NCBI GenBank assembly: GCA_964016885.1
Contig: OZ024740.1
Location: 393,018,001-393,082,000, forward strand
Reading direction: 5' to 3'
Length of the DNA: 64,000 nt
Origin: Eledone cirrhosa
Lineage: Eukaryota
Positions 41,614 to 55,530 of the stretch are shown piece after piece. Numbering within the stretch: position 1 is the stretch's first letter; each line of letters opens with the position of its first letter. The position numbers and the translations under genes were made by a program. The notes below the pieces were generated by a model that saw nothing but the letters and a program-made list of their open reading frames with translations, made no database searches and was not told the origin of the DNA.

Positions 41614-44600
41614 TTATCTCCAGCCTGTATAGGTTGGCCACTGGTGTAGGAGGGAGTTTGTTGCTGCTGCCCTTAGGTTTCCCTCATGTCTTGCTGTGGG
41701 CTCATCCGGGATCCTGGATAACAAGGTGTCGAGATGTTTCTTAAAGACATCCACCTCCACGTCATGCAAGTCTCGCAGATGCCTCGGCAGCCTGTTGAAG
41801 AGTTGAGGGCCCTTGAATCCCAGGCTATTGCAATACCTGCTCCTTATTCTAGATGTGGAAGACGGGACCTTTGGCACCACACAGTGACGTCCTGTTCGAC
41901 GGTTGGTCCAGCTCCCAATGCCAAAGTTTGGTGCTAGTCCCTCCAGGATTTTCCACATGTAGATCACTGCGTATCTCTCCCGTCTTCGCTCCAAGGAGTA
42001 GAGGTTCAGTTCCTTCAGCCTCTCCCAGTAGCTTGTCTCCCTCATCTTGGCAATCCTCTTGGTGTAGCTTCGCTGGATTGCCTCAAGCTCTGTGGTTAGT
42101 TTGACACTATGGGGTGACCACAGCTGGGAGCAGTAGTCCAGGCGGCTTAGGACAAAAGTCCTCCACAGTGTCAACATGGTGTCTCGATCTCTTGTAAGGA
42201 AAGTCCTCAAGATCCAGCCAGCGAATCGTCTACATGCTGTCGCCACCTTCATGATGTGTGAAGAAAAAGATGCATCATCGCTCATGTCTATGCCCTCAAG
42301 ATCCAGCCAGCGAATCGTCTACATGCTGTCGCCACCTTCATGATGTGTGAAGAAAAAGATGCATCATCGCTCATGTCTATGCCCAGGTCTCGTATCGATT
42401 TTGACACGGGGATATCGGTCCCTCCTGGTCCTGTGTAGCTGTGTTCCGCTATATTTGTGTTTGTGTTTGCAGGTTTGTATTGTAGGGCTTGGAATTTGCC
42501 AGCATTAAACTGCATGTTGTTTTCTTCCGCCCATCTGTATATGGCATCCAGATCCTGCTGTAAGAGGGCAGTGTCAGCCGGGTTTTTGATTGCCTGTGCT
42601 ACCTTAGTGTCATCAGCATAGCTAGTGAGGGATGTTGTTGCATGCACCACAGAGGGCATGTCCGAGAGAGCCACCAAAAACAGTAGTGGTCCCAGGACTG
42701 TCCCCTGAGGCACCCCACTTGTTATCGGTGTTTCCCTCGAGAGAGCCCCATTTGCTGCGACTGCCTGGCTTCTGTCCCTCAGGAAGCCATGCAGCCACTC
42801 ACCTACTTTTCCAGTTATGCCGAGTCCGTGTAGTTTGTGACATATCATTCCGTGGTCGACCTTGTCAAAGGCCTTCGCAAAGTCAAGATATATCACGTCT
42901 ACATGTGAGCTGTCTAGTAGCTGTCTCAGTACCCAGTCGTAGTGATGTAGCAGCTGTGTAAGGCAGCTTCTTCCTGGGCGGAAGCCATGTTGCGTGCTAG
43001 TCAGGCGGTCATTTTCTTCGAGGAAAGTGATTAGTTTCTTTCTGACGACTCGCTCCATGACCTTACTGATATGCGACGTCAGGGAGACTGGCCTATAGTT
43101 CTTGGCCTCCGCTCTACTACCTCCTTTATGGATAGGGCATATTGTGCCTTCTTTCAGCTCCCTGGGTAGTACACCGCTAGCCAAGGAGCTTCTGAAGAGC
43201 ATCTTCAGTGGAGTTGCTAAGGCCCGCTTACATATTTTTAGGAGAACTGCTGGGAATCCATCAGGTCCAGCAGCCGAGTCTGTTCTAATTTCATCAATGG
43301 CGTACACCACATCCTCCTCCGTTATGTCTATGTGGTTGATGGTTGCCATTTCTTGATGTAGTGTTGTGGCATCAAAGAACTCCTCTGGCTTCGTTATTTG
43401 CATGTGCCTCAGTGGACATGTGAAGACACTTTTGTACTGTTCATTCAGTATTTCACATATCTCTTGGGGATTTTCGGTTAATGAACCGTCCGTGTGGAAG
43501 AGTGGTCCAATCTTGCAGTGTACTGAGGCAGTTTCTTTTGCAAATTTAAAGAAGGCCTTAGGGTTTGTTTTAATGTTTTCTATGGCCCTGTTCTCTTTCC
43601 TTGCCCTCTCATTCTCATGTGAAAGCTTGAGTGCAATCTCGGTGTCAAGTAGTGCACGTTTCAAATAGGATTCCTTCTTGTTTTGGTTTTGTTGACTATT
43701 CAACTGGTTTGAGAGTTTAGTTCTACGTCTCATAAGGATTTTCCTATCTCTGGGAATAAGATTTTTGTGTCTGTTTGCCTCTTTCTCCGGGACACACTTT
43801 TTGCATATGGTGTGTATCGTTGTCATGAAGTGTTGAAATTGTGTGTTAGTGTCTTGTGTGGCGATGTTTGCACTCCATGTTTGCTTCCGGATTTCACTCT
43901 TAATCTTCTTCCAGTCAGCCCCGTAGAAGTTAAGGCTGGATAGCGTCCCGGAGCTTCTTGGTGGTTTTGTCTCTGTTGGTTCTCTTGGACCACATATCAT
44001 TAGCTCTACCAAGTTATGATCCGAGAGAATTGTTGGTGTCACCTTTACATTGTGGATGAGCACTTCGTTGTTTGTAAAACAGAGGTCCAGGACATTTTCG
44101 CCTCTTGTTGGGAGGAGTATTGCTTGCTCCATGAACAGCCTGTGTGTGAGGGCCAGCAGGGATTCCGTCTGTCTCTGTTCTATTGACGTCATTCCAGGGA
44201 GGAGGTGGCCCTCAGGCCATTTGACCTTTGGTAGGTTGAAGTCTCCCAGCAGTAGGATGTTGAGACCCTGGTCCAGTTTGTCAAGGACCTCTTCTATCCT
44301 ACTTAGGCTATCCTCAAATTTACCCTCATGACTGGGGGCATCGGGCGGCCGATATGTGACACATATTACCGTCTGTAGTTGCTTCATATGTATTATCAGT
44401 GTGTCACAGACTGAGTTTGAATGTGTCAACAGAACAATTGGTGTGACATCTTCACGGATATACAGAGCAACCCCACCATGAGTTCTCTCCTTCCTGTCCG
44501 AACGAAATACAGTATATTTCGGTATATGTATTTCTGCATCTGCTATACTGCTTGTCAGGTGCGTTTCGGTTAGTGCCATGCATAGTGCTTGATTGCTTAT

Positions 44601-44849
44601 GGCTAAGTCTCCCAGGTAGGAAATTTTACTCATGTTGCTGAGTTTCACCAGGCCCCTGACATTCAGCAGCAGCACTGGTGTGACTTTTGGGGTGCCAGTA
44701 ATGGCTGTCGGTATGACACCTGGTCTGGTGTCAGCGGCGGCCACTCTGGGTCCCTTAACTGCGGTGGTCTCGAGTGCTGGTGTGGATGACCCTGGCTCTG
44801 GAGACGATGCAGCCAGGTCAGCTGTCCCACAATCTTCTCGGCCATCACT
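41614..44849 (-). CDS. LINE ORF2 (APE endonuclease + reverse transcriptase), interrupted only by an 89-bp tandem duplication
   Basis: [54 protein letters not shown]; frame open from ~44933; C-terminus is in ORF 41614-42285. Confidence 0.93.
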
Positions 44850-45625
44850 AAAAAATTTTTCTGATCTGCTGCTGCCATCTGTATCTCGTCGGCATGTGCG
44901 TGCCTTCTCCTTGTTGGTGCAGCACGCGCGACATCAGCATACTTCTGGAGCGGCTTATTTCGGCTTTGGCTGGGGCATGTTGCGCGAGTATGATGGGCAT
45001 AGTTCGTTTGAGACCTAGGGTGGGCGAATCTGCATCCCATCCCTGTCTCTCCATACCAGCATGTCCCGTTCTTGAAAAACTTGCACATTACTTGGTGTTT
45101 TTTGCTCCCAGTGTCTCGGTGCTTTCTGTTCTTTCTTTGAACAGTTGTCCACTGGTCCCTCTGCGCTTGGTTCTCCTTCGGAAGGTGATTTCGCTTTTCA
45201 CCTTTGCCCTTAGCTTGTTGGTTGCCCGGCCTGCCCTCCCTGCCTGTAGCGGAGGGTATATCATTTTCTTTCAGGTCCGTGCTTGTGCTCTCCTCCTTTT
45301 CTTTTTCCCTTTCCTTTTCCTCTTCCTTTTCCCTCTCCTTCTCCTCATCCCTCCCTTCGGTTTTCTCCTCCCTGAGGACACGGCTTAGCATCGCCATATG
45401 AGGCGCTATGAGGACATACGCCTTCTCAATTTCTTTTCTCTTTCTCTCTATCTGTACCAGGGTCCTCATAAACCCATGGCTCTTCAGGTTCTCCGCCATC
45501 TTTTTGCTTGGTGGAGACCCATCAGCCATAGTCCACCCCTTGATCAAAACCGCTAGTTCAATCTTCGACCAGTTTCGCTGACTCCTGATTTCACATTTTT
45601 CCCATTTTTCCTGCATGCAGTCCAT
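44663..45625 (-). CDS. LINE ORF1, 320 aa: Myb/SANT(trihelix)-like domain, charged tract, CCCH zinc finger
   Basis: WSKIELAVLIKGW..MAENLKSHGFMRTLVQIERKRKEIEKAY; CKFFKNGTCWYGETGMGCRFAHP. Confidence 0.85.
   Translation of the reverse strand: MDCMQEKWEKCEIRSQRNWSKIELAVLIKGWTMADGSPPSKKMAENLKSHGFMRTLVQIERKRKEIEKAYVLIAPHMAMLSRVLREEKTEGRDEEKEREKEEEKEREKEKEESTSTDLKENDIPSATGREGRPGNQQAKGKGEKRNHLPKENQAQRDQWTTVQRKNRKHRDTGSKKHQVMCKFFKNGTCWYGETGMGCRFAHPRSQTNYAHHTRATCPSQSRNKPLQKYADVARAAPTRRRHAHADEIQMAAADQKNFLVMAEKIVGQLTWLHRLQSQGHPHQHSRPPQLRDPEWPPLTPDQVSYRQPLLAPQKSHQCCC
44765..44855 (-). promoter_or_regulatory. Putative -1 programmed ribosomal frameshift signal
   Basis: AAU UUU UUA in the ORF1 frame (heptamer 44855-44849), -1 frame = ORF2; imperfect stem-loop 44844-44765. 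Confidence 0.7.
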
Positions 45626-45831
45626 TTCGCTGTGGAGGGGAGAAAGAGGGACAGTGGGAGGTGTAGAGTAGAGGTTAGAGAGGGACAGAGTGAGGGAGGG
45701 AGATAGAGATATAACTCCAGCGAGAGAAAAAGAGAAACAGAAGAAAAGAAAAGAAAAGAAAAGGGGGAGACAGAAGAGGGGAGCGAGAGAGATAGCGGGA
45801 AGAGTGGGGGGGGGTCAGAGGGAGAGAGAGA

Positions 45832-45865
<34 letters not shown>

Positions 45866-46531
45866 CTCGTTGATCTAGAGAGAGGGAGAAAGAGAGCTCG
45901 TTGATCGAGAGGGGGAGAGAGAGAGAGAGAGGAAGGAGAGAGATAGAGACAGCGTGAGAGCGTGAGCAACTGCAGTTCATAAATATAAAAATAAATTTTT
46001 AAATCTAAATTTAAATTAATGAATGGGAGAAACCGGAAACAGAGATATAGAAACACGATGTAAATGTCTGTTTACAAATATACGGAGTTATTGTAATATC
46101 AGCATATCATACAAGAAACAACGAAATCGGGTCAAATACAGATAAGATTATACAAAATCAAACAAGATTATATCAAATTAAATTATGTCACTCAGAAATA
46201 TCAAAATTAATACAAAATTGCTTAAGCTAAACCAAAATGCTCTGTATGAAACAAAAATAGAAAGCACGTGTGTGTGTTGTCTCCCATGAATGAATCATAC
46301 AGTGAAAATAAACATGTTCAAAACGGTAATATATGTAAAATATACTTCAAAATAATTGCGTCAAAGCACAAAAACTTATCTTTTTTGTATGTTTTCCTTG
46401 TCCTCTGAAGAATTAAAACCATACATAAATCCGATTACTGTCGATTTAAAATATTAAAATTTCAAATCCGGAGAGACGACATTCCACGTCTTATACCAAC
46501 AAGTGCCAAGCCTATATATATATATATAAAT

Positions 46532-46650
<119 letters not shown>

Positions 46651-46653
46651 AAT

Positions 46654-46730
<77 letters not shown>

Positions 46731-46768
46731 TACATACATATATATATATATATATATAATATATAAAT

Positions 46769-46811
<43 letters not shown>

Positions 46812-46851
46812 TACATACATATATATAATATATATATATATATATATAAAT

Positions 46852-46942
<91 letters not shown>

Positions 46943-46984
46943 TACATACATATATATATATATATAATATATATATATATAAAT

Positions 46985-47024
<40 letters not shown>

Positions 47025-47027
47025 AAT

Positions 47028-47198
<171 letters not shown>

Positions 47199-47201
47199 TA
47201 G

Positions 47202-47244
<43 letters not shown>

Positions 47245-47291
47245 TACATACATATATAATATATATATATATATATACTATATATATAAAT

Positions 47292-47382
<91 letters not shown>

Positions 47383-47456
47383 TACATACATATATATATA
47401 TATATTATATATATATAAATATACATACATATATATATAATATATATATAATAAAT

Positions 47457-47575
<119 letters not shown>

Positions 47576-47666
47576 TACATACATATATAATATATATATA
47601 TTATATATATATATATAAATATACATACATATATATATATAATATTATATATATATATATATAAAT

Positions 47667-47705
<39 letters not shown>

Positions 47706-47779
47706 TACATACATATATATATATATATATTATATATAATATACATACATATATATATATATAACATATATATATATAA

Positions 47780-47827
<48 letters not shown>

Positions 47828-50429
47828 CATACATATAGATATAATATATATATATATAATAAATATAAATACATATATATTATACATATATACATAAAAT
47901 CTACATGCAATATATATATATATATATATATAAATATACATGCATATATATATATAAATCTACATGCAATATATTATATAAAATCTACATGCATATATAT
48001 ATAAAATCTACATGCATATATATATAAATATACATGCATATATATATATAAATATACATGCATATATATATATATAAATATACATGCATATATATATATA
48101 TATATAAATATACATGCATATATATATATATATATATAAATATACATGCATATATATATACATATAAATATACATGCATATATATATACATGCATATATA
48201 TATACATATACATGCATATATATATACATATACATGCATATATATATACATATACATGCATATATATATACATATACATGCATATATATATACATATACA
48301 TGCATATATATATACATATACATGCATATATATATACATATACATGCATATATATATACATATACATGCATATATATATACATATACATGCATATATATA
48401 TACATATACATGCATATATATATACATATACATGCATATATATATACATATACATGCATATATATATACATATACATGCATATATATATACATATACATG
48501 CATATATATATACATATACATGCATATATATATACATATACATGCATATATATATACATATACATGCATATATATATACATATACATGCATATATATATA
48601 CATATACATGCATATATATATACATATACATGCATATATATATACATATACATGCATATATATATATACATATACATGCATATATATATATACATATACA
48701 TGCATATATATATATACATATACATGCATATATATATACATGCATATATATATATACATATACATGCATATATATATACATGCATATATATATATACATA
48801 TACATGCATATATATATATACATATACATGCATATATATATATACATGCATATATATATATACATGCATATATATATATACATGCATATATATATATATA
48901 TAAATATACATGCATATATATATATACATGCATATATATATATACATGCATATATATATATACATGCATATATATATATATATAAATATACATGCATATA
49001 TATATACATATACATGCATATATATATACATATACATGCATATATATATACATATACATGCATATATATATACATATACATGCATATATACACATATACA
49101 TGCATATATACACATATACATGCATATATACACATATACATGCATATATATATACACATACATGCATATATATATACACATATACATGCATATATATATA
49201 CACATATACATGCATATATATATACACATATACATGCATATATATATACACATATACATGCATATATATATACACATATACATGCATATATATATACACA
49301 TATACATGCATATATATATACACATATACATGCATATATATATACATATATACATGCATATATATATACATATACATGCATATATATATACATATACATG
49401 CATATATATATACATATACATGCATATATATATACATATACATGCATATATATATACATATACATGCATATATATATACATATACATGCATATATATATA
49501 CATATACATGCATATATATATACATATACATGCATATATATATACATATACATGCATATATATATACATATACATGCATATATATATACATATACATGCA
49601 TATATATATACATATACATGCATATATATATATAAATATACATGCATATATATATATAAATATACATATAAAATTATACATATATAATTATATATATACA
49701 TATACAAATATATATACATATACAAATATATATTACATATACAAATATATATTACATATACAAATATATATTACATATACAAATATATATTACATATACA
49801 AATATATATTACATATACAAATATATATTACATATACAAATATATATACATATACAAATATATATACATACATATAAAAATATATATATACATACATATA
49901 CAAATATATATATACATACATATACAAATATATATATACATACATATACAAATATATATACATAATATATACAAATATATATACATAATATATACAAACA
50001 TATATATACAAAATATATACAAATATATATATATATACAAATATATATATATACAAATATATATATACAAATATATATATATACCTAATATATATATATA
50101 TACCTAATATATATATATACCTAATATATATATATACCTAATATATATATATACCTAATATATATATATACCTAATATATATATATACATAATATATACA
50201 AATATATACATAATATATACATAAAACATATATATATGTATATATATATACACACACACATACATACATATAGTTTCTAATCCTGTACATATATAAACAC
50301 ACCCACAAACATATCTCAGATAAAGGACATATATAACATTAAAAAATTCGTGTTTTTAATATGGCAAAAATATGCACAACATACTACAAAACAAGAAGAA
50401 AATCAATAATTAAGATATATTTTACATAA

Positions 50430-50683
50430 TCACAAAGCAATTCAATTATAGTGGAGTAGGGGTGGAAGAGTACAGTTGATTGTAGCAAAGGTAAAAACGA
50501 ACCCCAACAGGATATTAATTCAAAACGTAGAATAAAATAATTAAACAATAGTGCGGCGCTGTAGTGTTTCTACTATTCCAATAATAATAAATTTGTTCGA
50601 TGTACAACACTTATACACACGTACATCTTCTGGTTATCGACTCTACATCATGAGATAAAATGACCTATCTCTCTTGTAAACAA
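50430..50683 (+). repeat. 254-bp direct repeat, copy 1
   Basis: About 6 substitutions versus 55802-56055 (counted by eye). Confidence 0.9.
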
Positions 50684-51978
50684 TAGGATGGTGGAATGTT
50701 GGAAACGAAACAGGTTAAATGTCAATAAAGTAACATCTTATTTAGTAAGAATGTGAAATGGCATAGGAATATATATATATATTCCTATGCCATATATATA
50801 TATCACACTCACACACGTATATATCACATTGTAGTGTTAAGATAAAAATTTTATGTTAATTCAACGTAACGGTTCAATATTTGACAATACTTACAGCAAA
50901 CTGAATCCATCTTAGTAAATAAATCCATTTACATTCGATTGATGTCTTTAAAAGATAGATACATATAATGAGTTGATGAAATGATGTTCGAAAGTGGGAA
51001 TATATATGTATGCGACAAGATGATATAGTGGTTTACAATCTACTCTCATTAAATAAGAATTAATATAAGTTGGGTCGTTTTCCCCTATAAGTGGAATATA
51101 ATGTATATTTTGTGATGTTGGAGAAACAACCTAGGGTTTGAAACATCACGAGAATATAAAAGATGTAATATGCGTACAAAAGACGAGAAAAAATTGTTGA
51201 TTAATTGAAATAAAGAGGTATTTGAATAAGAATTAAAATTTGAAGAGAATATAAATAATCTATATGGAACAAAAAAGAAATGATCTATATTTTTTTTTAA
51301 ATTAATAAGAATTAACAAATTCGGATGACTTTAAAAGCAATGTATGTAAACGACATCCTGAAGGGGTGTATCTATCATTATCCCGACGTGGTTTATCAAA
51401 TCAACAAAATAGCAAAGAGTAATTTGAGTATATAAGAAATATAAAAAAAACAAAGTTCAGAAATCTACCTCTTTCTAAAAGACATTAAGAGATACAAATA
51501 TGAAGTTGGTGTCGATATAAATAATTTTTCTTTTTGTTTGTTTTGATTTTTGTCGAGGGGGTGGTGATAAATATGTGTATATAGTCCGTAATTTCTCGAG
51601 CTTTGACATACAGTGTCCGTCAAAAAACGAGTGCACTACGATCAAGAATGGGATATTTTACTACAGATATCGCCATCTTGTAATTTAGGTATTGTCAGCC
51701 AATCAAAACGTAACTTTCACATGAACGATGGGTAATCTTGGGTAGCACTAAAAGCACGCATACTATTGATGTTGTCATGAGGAACAGCGTTACAGGAAAG
51801 CACTTAGTTTATATGGACAGATAGAGTTGCCAATTAGAACTCAATAATTGATTTTATTAGTTATTTCCTGTGTTTGTTATTTTTAGATTTTAAATACTCC
51901 GAGAAATAGTTTTTGTTTACTAATTGCTTCGATAATTTCAGTTAATCGATTTTTTTTCCATTTTAATATATTACGTAT

Positions 51979-53302
51979 TCTAGGGCGGGTAAAATTCCCG
52001 AGTTCCATGGACGAGTTCTCTCCAGTGGTCTCTGTCCCTCATTATCGGTGCCATGTCCTGCATCTCCAACAGACCAGTGTCTGTCCTTAGGGCATCAACA
52101 TACGTTAACCTTGGTCTTCCTCTTCCAGTGTGTCCTTGTAGGGGCTCCCACCGGAGCACTGAGTGCAATGTCAACTCTGGATGTCGGTGAGCATGTCCAG
52201 CTAACCTCAGTCTCTGTGTCACTTTTGGGAGGCTCCCATACAGCTCTGAGTTTTTCATCCTCAGTGTATACTGATTAATGTTCAGAGCCATCCTCAGCAT
52301 TCTCGTGTAGCACCCATCCACCATCTGAGTGAGTTTCTTGGTCAGTGTCCAAGTCTCAGACCCGTACAGCAGCACAGACTCCACTACAGCAATGAAGAGG
52401 CGGATTTTCAGGTTTCTACGAAGATCCGACTTCCACACCGATCTCAAGCTGTGGCACGCCGCCCAGGCTTTCTTCTTCCTCTCAACCATATCATCTTCCG
52501 TATTCCCAATCTTTGCTCCCAAATACAGGAAGTCCTCAACCAATTCTAGCGGCTTCCCGCCTACATTAGTGATCCCCTCTGGCTTCTCAACATTCTCTAC
52601 CAGATATTTTGTTTTAGTCTCATTCATTCTCAGCCCCACACTCATCGACACAGTCTCAAACTCCTGCATCAAATCCTCTGCTTCCTTCACTGTATTTGTC
52701 ACCAAAACTATGTCGTCGGCAAATTCAGCATCTGATATCTTTGGCGCCTTAACTCTCCTGCTCTGAGCCGGTGCTACAGAAAAACCAGTGAGAAGCAAGT
52801 GAGACTCTGGTGCCGAGGAGAAAGAACAAAAGGAAGCATGTCAGCTCTGCAGACCCAAAAGTGTGTGCAGCCAGAAAGCTGCCAAGGACCAATTCTATGT
52901 TGATCCTACGGCGGAGAGGATGAAGACTGTGGAGGTGATGAGGGAAGAACTCTGTACCGCTTACAACTGAGGCCAGAGAGGAGGCACTGATAGAGAAGAT
53001 CAGAAGTGTGGAGAGAGCGGTTGACAGGTCTGGATGTAAGGAGAGCTGGATGATCATCAACGAGATGACAGGGAGGAAGAGAAGGTTTTCAAGTCAGATC
53101 CAAGGAACAGGGCCCGAAGATAGGAAGAGGAAATGGCTAGACCATTTTAGGACCCTACTATGAGAGCCACCCTCCACAGCCCAGAGCACTGGGGAGATCA
53201 GGCGGCTGTTTCAAGAACTGGATATTGAGACAGAGCCCTTCACCACAGAGGAGCTTCAGAGAGCCAAGAAGAAGATCAAGGAGGGCAAGGCTCATGGAGA
53301 AG
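51979..53302 (-). mobile_element. RTE/RTEX-like LINE insertion with inverted 5' part and 11-bp TSD
   Basis: Minus: EFADDI..YLGA..LLYGSETWTL..GRGRP to stop at 51980; plus (~52788-53302): WMIINEMTG..WLDHF..FTTEELQRAKKKIKEGKA; TSD ATATTACGTAT at 51968-51978 and 53303-53313. Confidence 0.88.
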
Positions 53303-54734
53303 ATATTACGTATGTAAGACAATAATAATAGTTCCAAACAAATGGGTTGATGGAATAGCTAGAAATAATAGCCAAATCTACCTTAAATCACACCCTACCC
53401 TCTTAAAATAATGTCCCCGGTGTACGAAAAGACGTTATGCTCACGGCGAGAACATATTTGATCATAGGTCAGCTCGACAAGGACTGTCATGGGATTGTGC
53501 AACAATACCTAAAATCGGGGGCAACCTTTGCATGGTCGTTCAATCAAATCATATCTCATTGTCTCAAAAAGAGTTAATAAAGCAATCTCTTCTATACATA
53601 AAGATGGGATGGTCGTAGCTAGAACACATTTGAAAGTTAAGCGAAAGAACATCGGGGGGACGTTCTCTATACAACATATGCATACAGGAGGTCTCATCTA
53701 ATACAATCGATTAATTGAGATTATTCATGCAATCAATCACTGTACACAATAATTTCATTATTATTATTGTTATTGTTATATAAACCTCTTTCTAAGGTGT
53801 TTGAAATCTAAAAACAACAAGCGAGGGAAACGACTCCAATAAAATCAATTTGAAACTATAGACGATGTCGATGGTTTGACGAAAAGAATGGACATGTTTC
53901 AATTTTATTAGAGCTTCTCAGTGAAGCATATCCTACTCAGTTGACATGACTTAGACATAGATAGAAAAATAGAGGAATTGCTGTGATGCTGATTATGATT
54001 ATAAACAATCTGGTTGAAAGAACTTCGTGTGTTTTATCCAATCTAATAATATACATTGTGTATTTGTTTTCTGTACACAACTTCTTACAAAATCTTTGTG
54101 TATCTCTCTCTACCTATCTCCCCCTTTCTCTATCGCTCTTGCTATCTATTTCTCTGAGTGTTTTTTTTTTTTCTCTCCTTTCTTATTCTTATGTTTTACT
54201 AACACCCTCTCTTCTTTTTTTATAGATGCTCTGCTGTAGTGCTAAATGAGGGGGAGGGGGTAGAGATGAAGTGTAATAATAGAATATGTTTTTCGTGACC
54301 AGAACAAGAGATGAAAGGAGGAATAAAAACAAGAGTTCATTGTCATAAAAGAGAAAAACAGATAAAAAGGGAATAAAAAAGAGAGACACATATCAAGCGA
54401 TAGATAGAGAGAGAGACGTGGAGAAAGTGAAGAAAGAAAGTTTGACGTAATGTGTAATAGAATTTAAAAGAAAAAAAAACCTGAGAGAAAGGAGAATATA
54501 AAGATAGAAAAAGAGTGACACATATAAGAGAAAGGGAGATACAGGGAATGAGTAAGAAAGGCTATACATTGAAAAAAGGTTTATTTTAATTTTGAACCAG
54601 TATTGCATTAATTAAATATGTTGCTCAGACAACAAAATTTACAAACAGACACTAGTCATATTTCTTTTCTATTAAGTTCTCTATATTTGCAGCAAAGTAA
54701 TACCCTCATTAATGCAATATCAGTCACCAATTAC

Positions 54735-55230
54735 CTAAAAATGTATGTTTAGAAAGTTTCCAATATCTAAGTCAACCATGCAGATCACAAATCTGTAGTC
54801 TGAATATGCAACTGTTTGTAATTGTGGACACCATTTACTATCCCTATCTGCTAGCCTAATAAAAAGCCTATTTAAATACAATCTAGATGACCCTATGCAA
54901 TTGCTCCATGTCCACACTGGTGTATTTGGAAAACCTATTAGGTACCAGTCAGACAGTTTGAACTGTCTGATCAGGTTTTTGAGGCGTTTGCACATACTCA
55001 TCTATATGTTGCTCCCGCATTGTGCATCCAAAATATTTTTACAGTACCCCACTAACAGTAAAGAGTGAGATGTTCCAAGAAAGCCTTCCAGATGCCTGAA
55101 GAAAGCCAGCTGTCCTGCTGCACTCAGGGAATAAACAGCTACCAGTCTGAAGGCACCACCTTTACTTTTACTACCATTCACATCTAGGTCCAGGTATTTC
55201 TGAAACAGTATACTACTCCACCTCCCATTC
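54735..55230 (-). mobile_element. Decayed APE-endonuclease fragment of an L1/Tx1-like LINE
   Basis: FRLVAVY..FF..L, WTWSN..SRLYLNRLFI, YSDYRFV motifs. Confidence 0.55.
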
Positions 55231-55235
55231 AGGAC

Positions 55236-55530
55236 TGACTAGGTTTTGATTTTGTGTCTCTCCTTCGGTCTGTCCTACACCATCTTGTTTTAAAAACCTA
55301 GTCACTGAGGAGGTCTCAGAATGTGTGACGAAGGAGCTTTGACAATATATAAACAACCATCTGGTTATTGAACTAACCAACCAACCAGAAACTTATAATA
55401 AATTGAAGTGAAAACCAACAGGTGCGTGTTTTTATTGGCAGCATGACCCTCCCAAAGCATAACAGTATTTGTTTCAACACATGTTTGCAGATAAGAAATC
55501 TTGCAAAACAAATTCAGAAACAAAGTATAC
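55236..55530 (+). mobile_element. Solo, diverged Penelope-like pseudo-LTR with a short inverted 5' piece
   Basis: Homologous to 60700-60905 and to the reverse complement of 57555-57870; decayed hammerhead at 55301-55343; ends at (TA)n. Confidence 0.8.

Larger units (their letters stand above)
41540..46512 (-). mobile_element. Near-intact two-ORF CR1/L2-group LINE inserted in the TA satellite
   Basis: ORF1 + APE-RT ORF2; (CT)n-rich 5' UTR; 3' stem-loop TCAGCC-GGAT-GGCTGA and (GTAAAAGA)2 tail; same satellite unit on both flanks; 5' boundary inferred from where the satellite resumes. Confidence 0.93.

Noticed and set aside
45553-46056. Ser/Leu-rich ORFs upstream of LINE ORF1
   Set aside because: Produced by (CT)n tracts in the 5' UTR
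47900-49660. Regular short repeats that might suggest a CRISPR array
   Set aside because: No unique spacers, eukaryotic context, no cas genes
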